Of a stretch of DNA of 64,000 nucleotides, positions 27,417 through 40,189 are shown one piece after another. The notes beneath the pieces were generated by a model that did not search any database, had not been told where the DNA came from, and saw nothing but the letters and a program-made list of their open reading frames with translations. The position numbers and the translations under genes are program-made. Numbering within the stretch: position 1 is the stretch's first letter; each line of letters begins with the position of its first letter. Origin of the DNA: Octopus sinensis (lineage: Eukaryota); assembly GCF_006345805.1 (NCBI RefSeq), contig NC_043000.1, positions 107,694,001 through 107,758,000 on the forward strand, given 5' to 3'.

Positions 27417-27540
27417 ATATATATATGTGTTTGTGTGTCTGTGTTTGTCCCACCATCATCGCTTGACAACCGTTGTTGGTGTTCTTATATCCCCGTGAAT
27501 TAGGGGTTCGGCAAAGTTATCGATAGAATAAGTACTAATT
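27248..27540 (+). mobile_element. SINE family A, 3'-truncated
   Basis: Head, (TA)n and partial tail ending GATAGAATAAGTACT. Confidence 0.85.
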
Positions 27541-27544
27541 AGTC

Positions 27545-28212
27545 TCTAGAGCAGTGGAAGAATGTTATTTTTTCGGACGTGGGATCCTTTACCATATTTC
27601 CGACCACCGGTCGAGTATACGTTTGGAGACACCCAAAAGAAGCATTTGACCCAGACTGCCTTTTTCCGACTGTTAAACATGGAGGAGGATCTGTGATGAT
27701 CTGGGGTGGTGGCTATATCTTGGAAATCCGCCGGCCCAATGGTTTCCCTTCATGGCAAAATTAATAGTCAGGACTATTTAAGCATTTCATCTGATCAGAC
27801 TTATCCTATGGTCGCGGAACTGTTTCCGGAGTGAAACGCAATCTTTCAGGGCGGTAATGCACCAATTCACACAGCTAAAATTGTTACTGGAGGGCACAAA
27901 GAACATTCTAGTGAAGTTGAACATCTTATCTGGCCGCCACAGTCTCCAGATCTCAATATTATTGAACATCTATGGTGCATTTCAGAAAAACAAGTAAGGA
28001 GTCGATATCCTCCACCACCATCATCACTACAAGAACTGGAAACTGTTTTAGCTGAAGAATGGACAAATATTGCTTTGGAAATAATTAAACCTTTGTACGA
28101 GTCCATACCTCGTAGAATTCAAGCTGTAATTACGGCCAAAGTGTGTCCTACCTATATTCAAATAAATCTGTTTGAAATTTTAAGGTGTTTCCATTATTTT
28201 GTCCAACCCCTG
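27545..28212 (+). mobile_element. Tc1-like DNA transposon, 5'-truncated (D-36-E spacing)
   Basis: WKNVIFSD, TVKHGGGSVMIWG, FQGGNAPIH..WPPQSPDLNIIEH; right TIR ..CCATTATTTTGTCCAACCCCTG followed by TA. Confidence 0.9.
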
Positions 28213-28223
28213 TATATATATAC

Positions 28224-28388
28224 AGGAGTGGCTGTGTGGTAAGTAGCTTGTTTACCAGCCACATGGTTCCGGGTTCAGTCCCACTGCGTGGCACCTTGGG
28301 CAAGTGTCTTCTACTATAGCCTCGGGCCGACCAAAGCCTTGTGAGTGGATTTGGTAGACGAAACTGAAACAAGCCAGTCGTATGTATG

Positions 28389-28423
<35 letters not shown>

Positions 28424-28632
28424 ATGTCTGTTTGTCCCCCTAGCATTGCTTGACAACCGACGCTGGTGTGTTTATGTCCCCGTTACTTTGCGGTTCGGCA
28501 AAAGAGACCGAAAGAATAAGTACTGGGCTTACAAAAGAATAAGTCCCGGGGTTGAGTTGCTCGATTAAAGGCGGTGCTCCAGCATGGCTGCAGTCAAATG
28601 ACTGAAACAAGTAAAAGAGTAAAGAGTAAAGA
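28224..28632 (+). mobile_element. SINE family A, young full-length copy
   Basis: Least degraded copy in the window; ends with (AAGAGTA)n. Confidence 0.95.
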
Positions 28633-28638
28633 GTATAT

Positions 28639-28716
<78 letters not shown>

Positions 28717-28948
28717 TAAGACAATAGTTTATGTATAACCAAGGTTTATAATCATTCAGAGGTAAGTAAGAAAATGGGGATATAGCATTTAAAAAAAAAA
28801 TGAAGCCAATTTAACATCTAATTGAATTGTGTTTGTGTGTGTGTGTTGCAGATGTTGACTCCACATATATACATAGGTTGAAAGCGGGAAAGCAGACTGA
28901 CAAAAAATTCATAAATTAATTCACTTCGGGTCAGTTTATTACTTCTGT

Positions 28949-29000
28949 AGTATTCTGACGAAGTACACATGTGTTGAGGTGGACTGCGAAATTCGATGCT
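28949..29000 (+). ncRNA. Hammerhead-like motif with ultra-short stem III
   Basis: AGTATT-CTGACGA-AGTACAC..GTGGACT-GC-GAAA-TT-C-GATGCT; stem I pairs 6/6 with two G.U; lies between inverted arms 28853-28918 / 29158-29222. Confidence 0.4.
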
Positions 29001-29318
29001 TATATATTTGTGAATGTTTGTATGTACTCGCATTTTGCATGTGCTTTTCTGTGGGTAATGTATAAATATTTTCATTTATTTCACTCAGTATGTTTTGCTG
29101 ATGAAGGAAAAGTTATCAAACTAAGCCAGAAATTAATCAATTCAAAACTGTCTGAAATATTTTATGAATTCTTAGTCAGTTTCCTTTCCCGCTTTCAACC
29201 TCTGTACATGCGTGGAGTGAATATCTACAGTGGTTCAACGTTCTTGGCGTCTACATTCAATATATAGACATGGTATCTTCTGTAGCCTTAAGTATAATTG
29301 TACCCTATACAAATACCC

Positions 29319-29389
<71 letters not shown>

Positions 29390-29390
29390 G

Positions 29391-29436
<46 letters not shown>

Positions 29437-29615
29437 GCGCGCATGTGTGAAAGTATACATATATGAGTGAGTATGTACATGTATGCATGTCTGTATATAT
29501 ATATATATATATATATAAATTTTTTCCGTGTTAATTGTTAACAAGGGAAAAATTCACACATCTATTTATATATATATATATATATACGAGAAAGAAGCAA
29601 CAAGAATGGATTAGT

Positions 29616-29706
29616 TTTTAGTACAATTGTTTCATACAAAGACAGGCTTTATTACAAGTTGCAAAAATTGCAGCAGATAAAAGTGTCCCGTACTCATCAG
29701 CTAAAA
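29616..29706 (-). ncRNA. Intact type-I hammerhead ribozyme motif with long stem II
   Basis: TTTTAG-CTGATGA-GTAC..(57-nt hairpin)..GTAT-GAAA-CAATTG-T-A-CTAAAA; all core nucleotides canonical, GUA triplet, palindromic ACAATTGT stem III, 6-bp stem I. Confidence 0.85.
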
Positions 29707-29818
29707 TACATATGAGTTCTCTAGACATCTTAGTGGGTGAGGTTATACTCATGAAATATTGGAGATAATTCTATTAGAGGCAGATATAGGTTGTAAACAG
29801 TTTTCAAAGTTCATTAAT

Positions 29819-30015
29819 GATGATGCACAGTCTTATCACAGATTTTTAAAAACTTATTACTTTCGAAGAGAAGATGAATCAATCCATAGTGTAGATTTAA
29901 ATTTCCAGAGATATGAGGAGGATGATGCACAGACTTATCACAGGTTTTTAAAGATTTATTAGCTTCACAGAAAAGGTGAATTAATCCATAGTGAAGATTT
30001 ACATTTCCAGTGGTA
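29819..30015 (+). repeat. 102-bp tandem duplication
   Basis: GATGCACAG at 29822 and 29924; units translate DDAQSYHRFLKTYY.. and DDAQTYHRFLKIY*. Confidence 0.85.
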
Positions 30016-30115
30016 ATAGGATGAATTTCATACTCACAGACGATGTATTTAACCATTATTAATCCACAATCATTTCATGCTATATGATAAGGTAATTTGC
30101 CATATTACTGCTCTC

Positions 30116-30181
<66 letters not shown>

Positions 30182-31229
30182 ATCTGTGTGTGTGTGTATA
30201 AAGTGTGAAAATTACGAAGTCTTTGTGTTTGTTTGCATAAAAACTCTTATATTACCACGTGTATTATATTATACAACCGCGTTTATTAAAACTGCTGTGG
30301 AAATTAAACCAAAGGTCGAAATTTCCCAACTTACACACTTAAAAACTGGATTCTCTTAGAAAATAAGTGAAGTAAACCCTCCCGGATATACACAATTTTT
30401 GCTATTTGGTCATTACAATTTATCGAAACTCAACAATTTTCAATTAAGTACGCCTTTGTTTACAAGTAGTGGATTTATTTATAACACTAAACTAATCAAC
30501 ATCTTACGCGGCCTTATTTTCTTTATATATAAACAGAAAGGGGCCTTTAGATTTCCAGGCAAAAACCAGTTGCGTACTTAATTATTTAACAATACGGGTC
30601 TTTATATAGAAATCATTTTAGAATCTGAGCTTTGAATTAATGCTTCAATCAACTGAAATTTTACGAAGAGAAATAAATTCTATTTAAATTCCATTTTCCT
30701 TTACACTCACGACCCCAGAATATAAGATTCTACAATGTTACGTTCTTCGATTTAATCTGTGATTAATTGATTAATTTCTGAATTCCTTTCGGTTTCTTTC
30801 TCTCCCATGACTCTCTCTCTCTCTGTAGCACATACACACAATTTCTCTCTAGCACGCGCGCGCAAGCACATATACACACTCTCACTCTCTCTCTCTCCAT
30901 CCCTTCTTGTATACTTATCTATTGAACATGTGTGCATATGGGAATATGATTATAAAATGATTATAGACAGATTTTTCTTCCCTATATCAACTAATACCTC
31001 TCACGTGTGCACTCATAAATCGCTCTCTCTCTCTCTCTCTCTGTCTCTCTCTGTTGAACATGTGTGTATACAGGAATATGCCTATATAAAATTTATAGAT
31101 ATATACTCAAAGACGGATCTTTTTCCCCTGTCTCAACTAATACCTCTTCCATCTGTGTACGCATACATCAATACAACTTGCACCTCTCTTTCTTTCTCCC
31201 TATTTCTCCTGATCTAAACCTTTCTTTAA

Positions 31230-34200
31230 ATATATACAGAAGGAAACGGCAGGCTAAGGATGTCTCAGAACTGTGTCAGTGAAGAACTGTAACTCTTACT
31301 GAAAGGATGGTAAATAGCCGAAGGGGCCAATCCAAATAACATAACAGCAGCTTTAATAAGCAATGGCTATATAAGGACCACAGCTCAGATAGAGCGAAAA
31401 AGAACCCAGCTCCTATGCTCTCACCAGACCTCACATTAGCACGTTGGACACCATATTTGAGCAGAAACTAAAAAAGGATGACAAGGATGGAGACCCTGAT
31501 GTGTGTGATAGATATTCCCCTAGCCCCATTGATCTACATGGGAACACACCTGAAATGAAAACGCTAAATTGAGAGACCTGTCAAGGAAGAAGACACCAGC
31601 ACTGATGGCCCTATCACAACCAATATCAACATACAAAAGTACGAAAGAACCAATAAAAGTTTAAAAAATAAAGAAAAAAGAAGAAAAAAGATGACGTTAG
31701 AAGTAAAAAACAAGAGCGCCTCTAAGTAAAGCGTAAACGTTATACAATCAATATGCAAAGTCACAAACAGTAAGGAATCGCACACAAGTGTCTAAATTAT
31801 TCCTGCGTGGTGACAGCTTGCATAGACATGATGGTGCAAACTGCCGCTTCCTGCATCCAGAACCATACACCAGGCAGACCAAAAGCAAATGCCTTTCGCC
31901 AAAAGACACAGGAAGACTGTTCAGAGTAATAAGTCGTGCATCAACTGCATCAAAGTTAAAATATGCCTATGTAGTGCACACTACCTCAAAACTCCAGTCC
32001 TACCCAGAAGCCATTAAAAGGGTTGCAGCTGAGCAACAGTCTCTTTTTATGTATGGCTCAAAAGATTGTGCAACAATTAACTTGGCTTCATCAATTCCAC
32101 AGTATTGGCTTCCTCACATCCCCACCAATACGCAAGACTGCAACAACCAATGGATCTAGGGTGGCCACCGCTTGCGCCAGCACAGAAGTCACACCAATAT
32201 ATTAGCAAATGTAAGAGGAGAACTGTTACAACTCAGTAACAGAACTAAAATTACCTTCCTTAGAGATCTAGTGACATGTAATCAAGCCTTATGAATAGTA
32301 CTCACTGAAACACACTTAACATCCGACATCGCAGATGCAGAAATACACATACCAAAGTACGTAGTATTGCGAAGCTATAGAAAAGACAGGGTTCCATGTA
32401 CCACTGTGAACATCCCACACCCCAGATCCTTTTGTCACACTCAAACTCAGTGTGTGACATACTAATTGTACATATAAGACAACTTGACATAATTATATGT
32501 AAAAATATCGCTCACCAGATGCCCCAAATCACATGGGCGTATTCAAAGACTGCCTTGCAAGAATAGAAGAGGTCTTAACCACAATAGAAAAGCACATCAG
32601 TGTACTTCTCATGTCAGACTTCAACCTATCCAATATGAAATGGCCTGAATGTCTTTTCCTCTGAGGAAGGACACAATGAAGTCAGGTCTAATCCCTACTC
32701 AACCACACCAACAATTTATGTATGGAGCAAATAATACTCCAACCAATCAGAGCAAACAATGTACTTGATCTGTGCTTCACAAAAAATGTGGATCTCATCT
32801 ATAATGTGAAAGTGACACCGATGCTAATCTCGGATCACAACATAATAGAGCTGACCATGTATGGATCAAAGGAACCCACATACATGCAGCCTATGAGAAT
32901 CATCCACAAACTAACCAGTCTGAAATACTACAAAGCAGACAGGAAACTAATGGAGAGAGAGATCACCAAACAGGACTAGTCCCAATGTCTCTCTACACCT
33001 GACATAGACATGACATTGAAAACTTTCATGTCTGTAATGCAAGCCATAATGCTAGAGTTTGTCCCAGAGACAAGGGCCAAGGCACATAAAAATACGGAGA
33101 GGAAAGTTCTTATGAGACAGTGTACAAAGATTGCAAACCGCCTAAAAAAAAGAACGCAACGGCAGTGGGAAACCCTACCTGGAAACAGCACTGTTGGGGA
33201 TTGAGAAATAACTGAAGCACTCCCATGAGAAAGAAAGATCAGAGAGAGAAGCCTGTGTCATATGAAATATAAAATCAGATCCTAATGGCATCTTTAGGTA
33301 CGCCAAGGAGACTGCCTCTGTGCATTGCAAGGTAGGGCCACTCCTCCAAAAAGATGGCTCCTTCACGGGAAACCTAATAAGGATAAGTGAAACACTGAAT
33401 GAAAAGTTCTGAAGTGTCTTCACGTCACCCCTACGGCACATGCTAATTAGCAAACCTGTAGAATTCTTTATTGCTACAAAAGCTGAACGGAAGGCAATAA
33501 GAATTGGTTACACCAACATCGAAGAAAAGGATGTAATGCTTGCAATAGATTATATAGATGCAAACTCAGCTGCTGGCTCTGATGGATTCCCAGCAATTTT
33601 ACTCAATCATGCAAACGAGTCCTTGCAAAACCATTGCAGCTACTCTTTTTAGAGCTTCCTCGCAAATGGTAAGCTCCAGAACAAACTATAGGAGGGAACG
33701 ATATGTCCTATCCATAAAGGAGGAAGCAGAGTACATGCTAAAATCTATCTCTCTGATCTCACACATCAGCAAAATCATAGAATGAATAGTCCGAAGGAAA
33801 TTTATTGCATTCCTTGAAGAGAATAACGTGTTGACGGACACCAAGCATTTCAAGTAGAAACTGTCTGACATAGCTCTTGCAGCATTACGATTGGGTGCTA
33901 AATCAGCTGCTCAAAAACTCAAATGTGGAAGTGATATACCTCGACTTTGCAAAGCTTTTGACCAAATAGACCATGGTATGATTTGTCAGAAGCTCCGAAA
34001 TCTTGACATATCTGGAAAATTTTGCGAATGGCTACATGACTTTCTAAAAAAGAGAAGTCAGGTAGTGGTGGTCAATGGGGTCACCTCCAAGAAAATAATG
34101 AGTGGTGTTCCACAGAGCATTGTCCTGGGGCCACTGCTATTCATAGTGGCCCTCTCTGACATGCCCTCAGCTGCTCAAGTAGCTAACCTTGCTAGCCATG

Positions 34201-34990
34201 CAGACGATACAAAAGTCTCTCAGAGGATACAGATCCTCACATCTTGAGTTGGACGCAATATATAGGTGGGCTGAGGAACATAACATGCAGTTTAATGCTA
34301 ATTAATTCCAAGCCCTGCACTACTAACATAGGAAGCGCAATGAAAAGTAAATAGGATACACTGGCCCAAGAAAGATTCCTATACCTGAAGCGAAATTAGT
34401 CTGTGACCTGGGCATCGACATGAGTAATAATGCATTTCTCCAAGTGCACTTTAATAAGTTGCAGACGTGTGGCCGGGAGCATCCTTCGAACTTTAAAACA
34501 CGAGAAAAGGAAACCATGATGGTCCTCTGCAGGACTGTCGTTCTCATCCATCTCGAGTACTACTCGCAACTGTGGTCACCAAACAGCTACTGGGATATAG
34601 GCAGTTAAAATATACTGTAATATACATTTGGAAAATCCCAGAAGTACTTGTTCCAAACTTTGGTATTGTTACTTATACAAAGAGCGGGATGGGTCGCCAC
34701 TGCATGATACCAAATGTCCCAACATTTCCATCAGGATACAGGACCAGATACTGCAACAGCTTGAGCTTCAAAGATCCACAAACCTTCAAAGTCTGAGTCC
34801 TGCATGGCATGGATGTAGGTTTATTCAAAACAAAACTAAGATCTTTGTTTGTCAAAATTTCTGAATGACAAGCAACACAGATGAGGGCAGCAGCATCAAA
34901 CTCCCTCATCCACGAAATGTCACATATCAGGAGAGGTTTAGATAAAGTGTAATAAAACAAAACGGTGGTGATCCAGAATACCCGCAATCC
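31230..34990 (+). mobile_element. Near full-length decayed CR1-group LINE (ORF1 with CCCH-like motif; APE endonuclease; RT)
   Basis: HDGANCRFLHP (ORF1 remnant); LTETHLTSDIADAEI and NNVLDLCFT..ISDHNII (endonuclease); KAFDQIDH, SGVPQSIVLGPLLF, HADDTK (RT); many stops and frameshifts. Confidence 0.9.
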
Positions 34991-35272
34991 TTAAAAAAAT
35001 ATGTGTATGTATCTTCTAATTTTTAATTATGTACGTATGTATGAATGTGTGTGTGTGTGTATGTGTGTGTGAGTTGTGTTTAAAATTGTGTTTTCACCCA
35101 TCCACGCTTGACAGCCGGGGTTAACCTGTCTTCGTCCTAGTAATTCTGTGTTTCGAGAAATGAGCCTGATAAATACCATATTTAAAAGAAGTATATACGG
35201 TGCTCGATTTGTTCAACCAAAGGCGGTGAACCACTGGCATGACCAGTTTAATGCTTGAAAGAATAAATCGAT

Positions 35273-35306
<34 letters not shown>

Positions 35307-35327
35307 ATATATATATACATAATACAT

Positions 35328-35378
<51 letters not shown>

Positions 35379-35406
35379 ATATGTATGTAATATATAATAT
35401 ATATAG

Positions 35407-35447
<41 letters not shown>

Positions 35448-35468
35448 ATATATATATAATATATATAG

Positions 35469-35516
<48 letters not shown>

Positions 35517-35541
35517 CATACACACACACACACACCCATAT

Positions 35542-35612
<71 letters not shown>

Positions 35613-35790
35613 CTTCTTAATCACACATTATGTTATTCTATGACTTTCTTTTCATGGGGAATCTAAAACTTAAGGCTGCTGCCAGCGGTAAGTCAGAAGT
35701 GTCAACTTCGGAATCTTTAATTCCATGACATGACATATTAATACCAGAGACCTTAGTACTATGTACACCAATCTCAATCACCGTATTAAC

Positions 35791-35857
<67 letters not shown>

Positions 35858-35960
35858 GCAATATATAAAATTATATTGATCTCTCTATATATATGCATAT
35901 TATATACATATATAAGTACACACAATCGCACACATATCTATATATCTATATCTCTTGTTG

Positions 35961-36074
<114 letters not shown>

Positions 36075-36207
36075 ATTAATCAGCCGAAATTGCGAAGATG
36101 ATCCGGATCTTGACTGAAGATTGAAGGCTTCGAATGTCCCGTCCGTGTTTTTTGTATCGTCTTCTAAATGTTTCACGTTCTTGTCCTAGTTTGTATTTTT
36201 TTACATT

Positions 36208-36283
<76 letters not shown>

Positions 36284-36286
<3 letters not shown>

Positions 36287-37340
36287 GGGGTGGGGAAAGA
36301 AAACATTCAAAATTCTGTAACACTTGGAAATCTCTTATTGTTTAACGTGCTTAGTAATTTATAACTGTGTTAACATTCGCATATAATTACTAAATAAATA
36401 ATGTAATCTATGTGGCTTCCATTGTTTGCAATTACACCCTCCACAGAACCTTGCACAACTCTTCACCACAAAGTCACTGGACATCCTGGCCCACACCTCA
36501 TTGATGACAACCTTCAGAGAGTTGATGTTGGAATGTCAGGTTTTGTTGTGGCATGCTCCAAAATGCCTCACACGGAATAGTCCAGAGGCTTGAGATCCGG
36601 GCTGGAAGAAAGCCAGAAGTCCGCGGGCCAGAAAGCAGAAAAGTTGGATTTGCAGAAATTCTTAACCTTCTTGGCAATATGGCTGGAAGTACCAGCCTCG
36701 GTCCACACATAGTTGACCTATAGGTAGTCGGTCTGGAGCCACGAAACGACATGGTACCACATCGTCTTGTAGTAGGCGTCAGCACCCACTCTTTCCCCGG
36801 GCTTGTATAAGCAGATGGGCATTTTTTTTCCGCCAGAGGTCACAAAACCAAAATCCATGACCAGTTTTGTTCTGAAGGTGCCCCTGACGTCAGCTGTTAA
36901 CTCCGCAATGTACTGATCATTTCTGTGGTTCAGAACAGCATCCACTGTGAAGATCTTTTCGTCAGAAAACTTTCAGTGAAACTGTTCTTCTTGAAGTATA
37001 TGAGAACCTTTTTGCATCTCTCCAGTCTCCAGGCTTTCATTGCTTCTATCAGCCGGTGTCCTGGTGTCCTGGAGTAGTCATCATTCACAGCTGTTCTTAT
37101 GGTCTTGGGATCCGCTTCAAATTCAGAAGTCAGCTTCCTCATGGTTGTGGTTGTATCTGTTGAAATTTTGGACTTGAGGGTGTTGAAGTCTTGATTTCGT
37201 TTCTTGTTGGCTCCACTGCTGCCAGACTTCCTCTGAATGCTGTTGCTAATGTCCTTTCTCTTTTTTATGTTATAAACTGTGCGTAAGGATACTCCGACTA
37301 TGCTTGAGATCCTCTTCCAACGCACTAAAATCGATTGCTA
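36284..37340 (-). mobile_element. maT-type (D-37-D) Tc1/mariner transposase relic
   Basis: HTH region VSLRTVYN, FSDEKIFTVD, GFVTSGGKKMP, VWTEAG..SSSPDLKPLDY; 37 residues between the second catalytic position (mutated to A) and the PLD aspartate; terminus TA|CAGGGGG at 36284. Confidence 0.9.
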
Positions 37341-37524
37341 ACGGCCATCTTAATATTTGTGCTTTCAGCATCTATGTTAAACATTTGGATAGAGGCAGAG
37401 GCATATGATCGGTTCAGGTAGCTTTTCAATATCGCATCGTATCATTCAGGCAAATCTTTTGAACAGCAAAGATTGAAGTGAAGATATCACGGTTATATTC
37501 CATAGCGAAAATAATAACGCTAGG

Positions 37525-37900
37525 AGGTTATCTGAAGAATCCCTTTATAGTTACTCTGAATCTAAATCTGTCCCTTCTGAACGAACTGTAGGTGTACTGA
37601 TGTGTTTGAAATAGAAACTTGACGACAAGATAATGATATAAGATCAGAAGATTATGGTTGGATAAAAACTGCAAGCTAGAGAATACCTGCAACATTGACA
37701 GGCATAGCAATCTCCCATGGATCCGCGAGAAACATATCACATCTCGTCTAGAAGGATACGTTTTAGCTGTCCAGAAACAGGAGACAGCTAATAAATTTCT
37801 GATCAACAAGATTGATAAAGATACTACCAAACTTCATCGTTGTAATAAAAAATATCGATTGTGCAATAACATGAATATTTCATCCACATGAGCAGCAACG
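37525..37900 (+). mobile_element. R4-like LINE internal fragment
   Basis: SNLPWIREKHITSRLEGYVLAVQKQETANKFL..YRLC resembles the pre-zinc-knuckle region of RLE-type LINEs. Confidence 0.7.
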
Positions 37901-38019
37901 ATCTAAAAAATATTTGGAAGATAAAATCTTACCGTAAGACACGGAATTATCGCTAAAACCATCTGCAATAATATCCACAGAAAAGACTGTTCTGATGCTC
38001 AGTGATTAAGGTATTCGCC

Positions 38020-38300
38020 TCCAGAACGTAAAGTCGATACATGGCGGCGTGTTGTGTCATTGAGCAAGACATTTTTTTCACGTTGATCCAGCCTAGTCAG
38101 TTGTAAAAAATTAGTTGTACCCGTACATCAAAGGTTCAGCCTCGTTACATTTTGTGTCATGCTGAATCTCCTTTAGAATTATGTTAACGGTATGCGTGCC
38201 TGTGGAGATCTCTGCCACTTGCGCGGTAATTTCACAAGCACGCTATTCCGTTTAGCGGTTGTACTGGAACCCTCATCGTTGTAACCGACGGAGTGCCAGT
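38020..38300 (+). mobile_element. Old tRNA-derived SINE, family E
   Basis: GTGTTGTGTCATTGAGCAAGACA..GCTGAATCTC..GGAACCCTCATCGTTGTAACCGACGGAGTGCC; homologous to 39383-39680. Confidence 0.7.
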
Positions 38301-38509
38301 TATAACTAAAGACTCACCAGAAGCAGAATATATTCATACGTTGAGAAATAAAGAATACAGGTGGAACATTTTAATTAAAATATCAACCAATAAGACATGA
38401 CATTGTCGGTAAAACCATCTACATATTGTAGATGATTTTAGCAGAAACGATTGTTTTGATAGCCTTACAAATGGTACATCAGAACCTGAATATATCCATC
38501 TCTTTTAAG

Positions 38510-39240
38510 ATAAAAATACTCCCAAAGCTGGTGGAACATTCTAATAACAACAACACTCAGGAGTTAAAGCAATCTCCTGAAAGCAATAAAGTTACACCAC
38601 CCATAGAAGCTGTAGAATCCCTGATACCTTTCAGTGACGGGTCTAGTGCCTCAAGGGCACCCTTTTTTGTCATTGTGCGTTCCTCCCATACAATGAGACG
38701 GCATTGTCTAAGAACTTCAGCTTCCTCTGAATTTTTGCCAATGTTCCAAGTAGTTACCTTGGCTCTCACCAAATGTAAAGGCAGCTTGAATACCGAGTGC
38801 GCCATCCTACCCCCTGATTCCTGAGGAAGCAACGGCTAGCGCAATTTGTTTCTCGCGATGAATATTAGCAAGCATTAATTGTGTTACAAAGGATTTGCCG
38901 GTACCTCTATCAGCATCGAGGGAAAAATGCCACCCGCTTGTTTTTCAACGACACTGACGACAGTTTCGTACACAAGACTCTGATCAGGTCTCAAGTACTC
39001 CGCAAGGCCATCAGCGTCATATAACTCCAGAAGTAACTTTGGTGGGAGTGTGTTAACGTCCTGTCGCAATGAGGATGGCAAACCGAATGTGTTCAACGCC
39101 GCCCCACCCATTTTGAGCAGAGCATCCTCGATTTCAATCAGCGCATTATTGCAGATCAGGTCATTGTATCCAATGTCAGCATTAAGGCACTGTTGCCTTG
39201 CCAGTCATCATTTGCCTTGACCATCGAGAAAGCAAAATTA
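38510..39240 (-). pseudogene. Helitron RepHel PIF1-type helicase fragment
   Basis: GIFSLDADRGTGKSF (Walker A, after a frameshift), ALAVASSGI, GGRMAHSVFKLPL, LIVWEERTM..ALEALD, MGGVTLLLSGD. Confidence 0.9.
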
Positions 39241-39382
39241 CGTACGGAGGATTTCCTAAACAGAAATGAATGGAAAAAAGGATGGAAAAGTTTTAGATGA
39301 ACACTTGCACGATTTTCACTAAGAAAAAGAAAATCGGATTTTTTTGCATGGAATCAACTACCCTGGCCTCCTAATATGCAAG

Positions 39383-39680
39383 TGAAGGCACGTGGGGTAT
39401 TGGTTAGAGTATTCGGCTCACGATTGCAATTTCGTGAGTTCAATTCCCGGCGATGCGTTGTGTCCTTGATGCAGTCAGTCAGCATAAATTAGTACCTGTA
39501 TGTCAAGGAACCAACCTTGCCACGCTTTTTGTCACGCTGAATCTTCCTGAGAACTATATGAAGGGTACATATGTCTGTGGATTGCTCAGCCACTTACACG
39601 TTAGTTTCATGGGTAGGCTGTTCAACTGATCGAATCAACTGGAACACTCGTCGTTATAACTGACTGAATGCTGTTCCGTT
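39383..39680 (+). mobile_element. Old tRNA-derived SINE, family E
   Basis: GAAGGCACGTGG head, GAGTTCAATTCCCGG B-box, body shared with 38020-38300. Confidence 0.75.
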
Positions 39681-39864
39681 GACTAAGAATCTTGAATTTT
39701 GTAAAAGGGGGTGGGGGAAGATTTAGATAATCTTAAAAATGTATGGTAGCACATACACACATACATACATATATATGAGTTTGGATGCTTAAATGCACAC
39801 GCACACACACACACCACAATCACCCTCCAATACACACATATATAAATCCACGCATACTTAAATG

Positions 39865-39902
<38 letters not shown>

Positions 39903-39954
39903 CACGACGATCACGACGACCACCACTACAACCACCACGACCATCACCATCAGA

Positions 39955-39992
<38 letters not shown>

Positions 39993-40151
39993 AACTACTA
40001 CTCTATACATATATATGTATATATACTTACACACACATATGTATATACACAGACACAATCGGTAACATATACATATCAACGTTTACACCTATTTCTTTAT
40101 ATTACCCTTTCTTTCTATCTTTGATTCTTTTTTTCTTCCTTTCTAACTATT

Positions 40152-40189
<38 letters not shown>

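Noticed and set aside
28741-28767. Strong donor CAGAG|GTAAGT
   Set aside because: No convincing upstream acceptor or open exon; adjacent to (TA)n
36080-36145. CTGAAGA..TTCGAAT hammerhead candidate
   Set aside because: GAAA is replaced by GAAT, and no stem I or stem III pairing could be built
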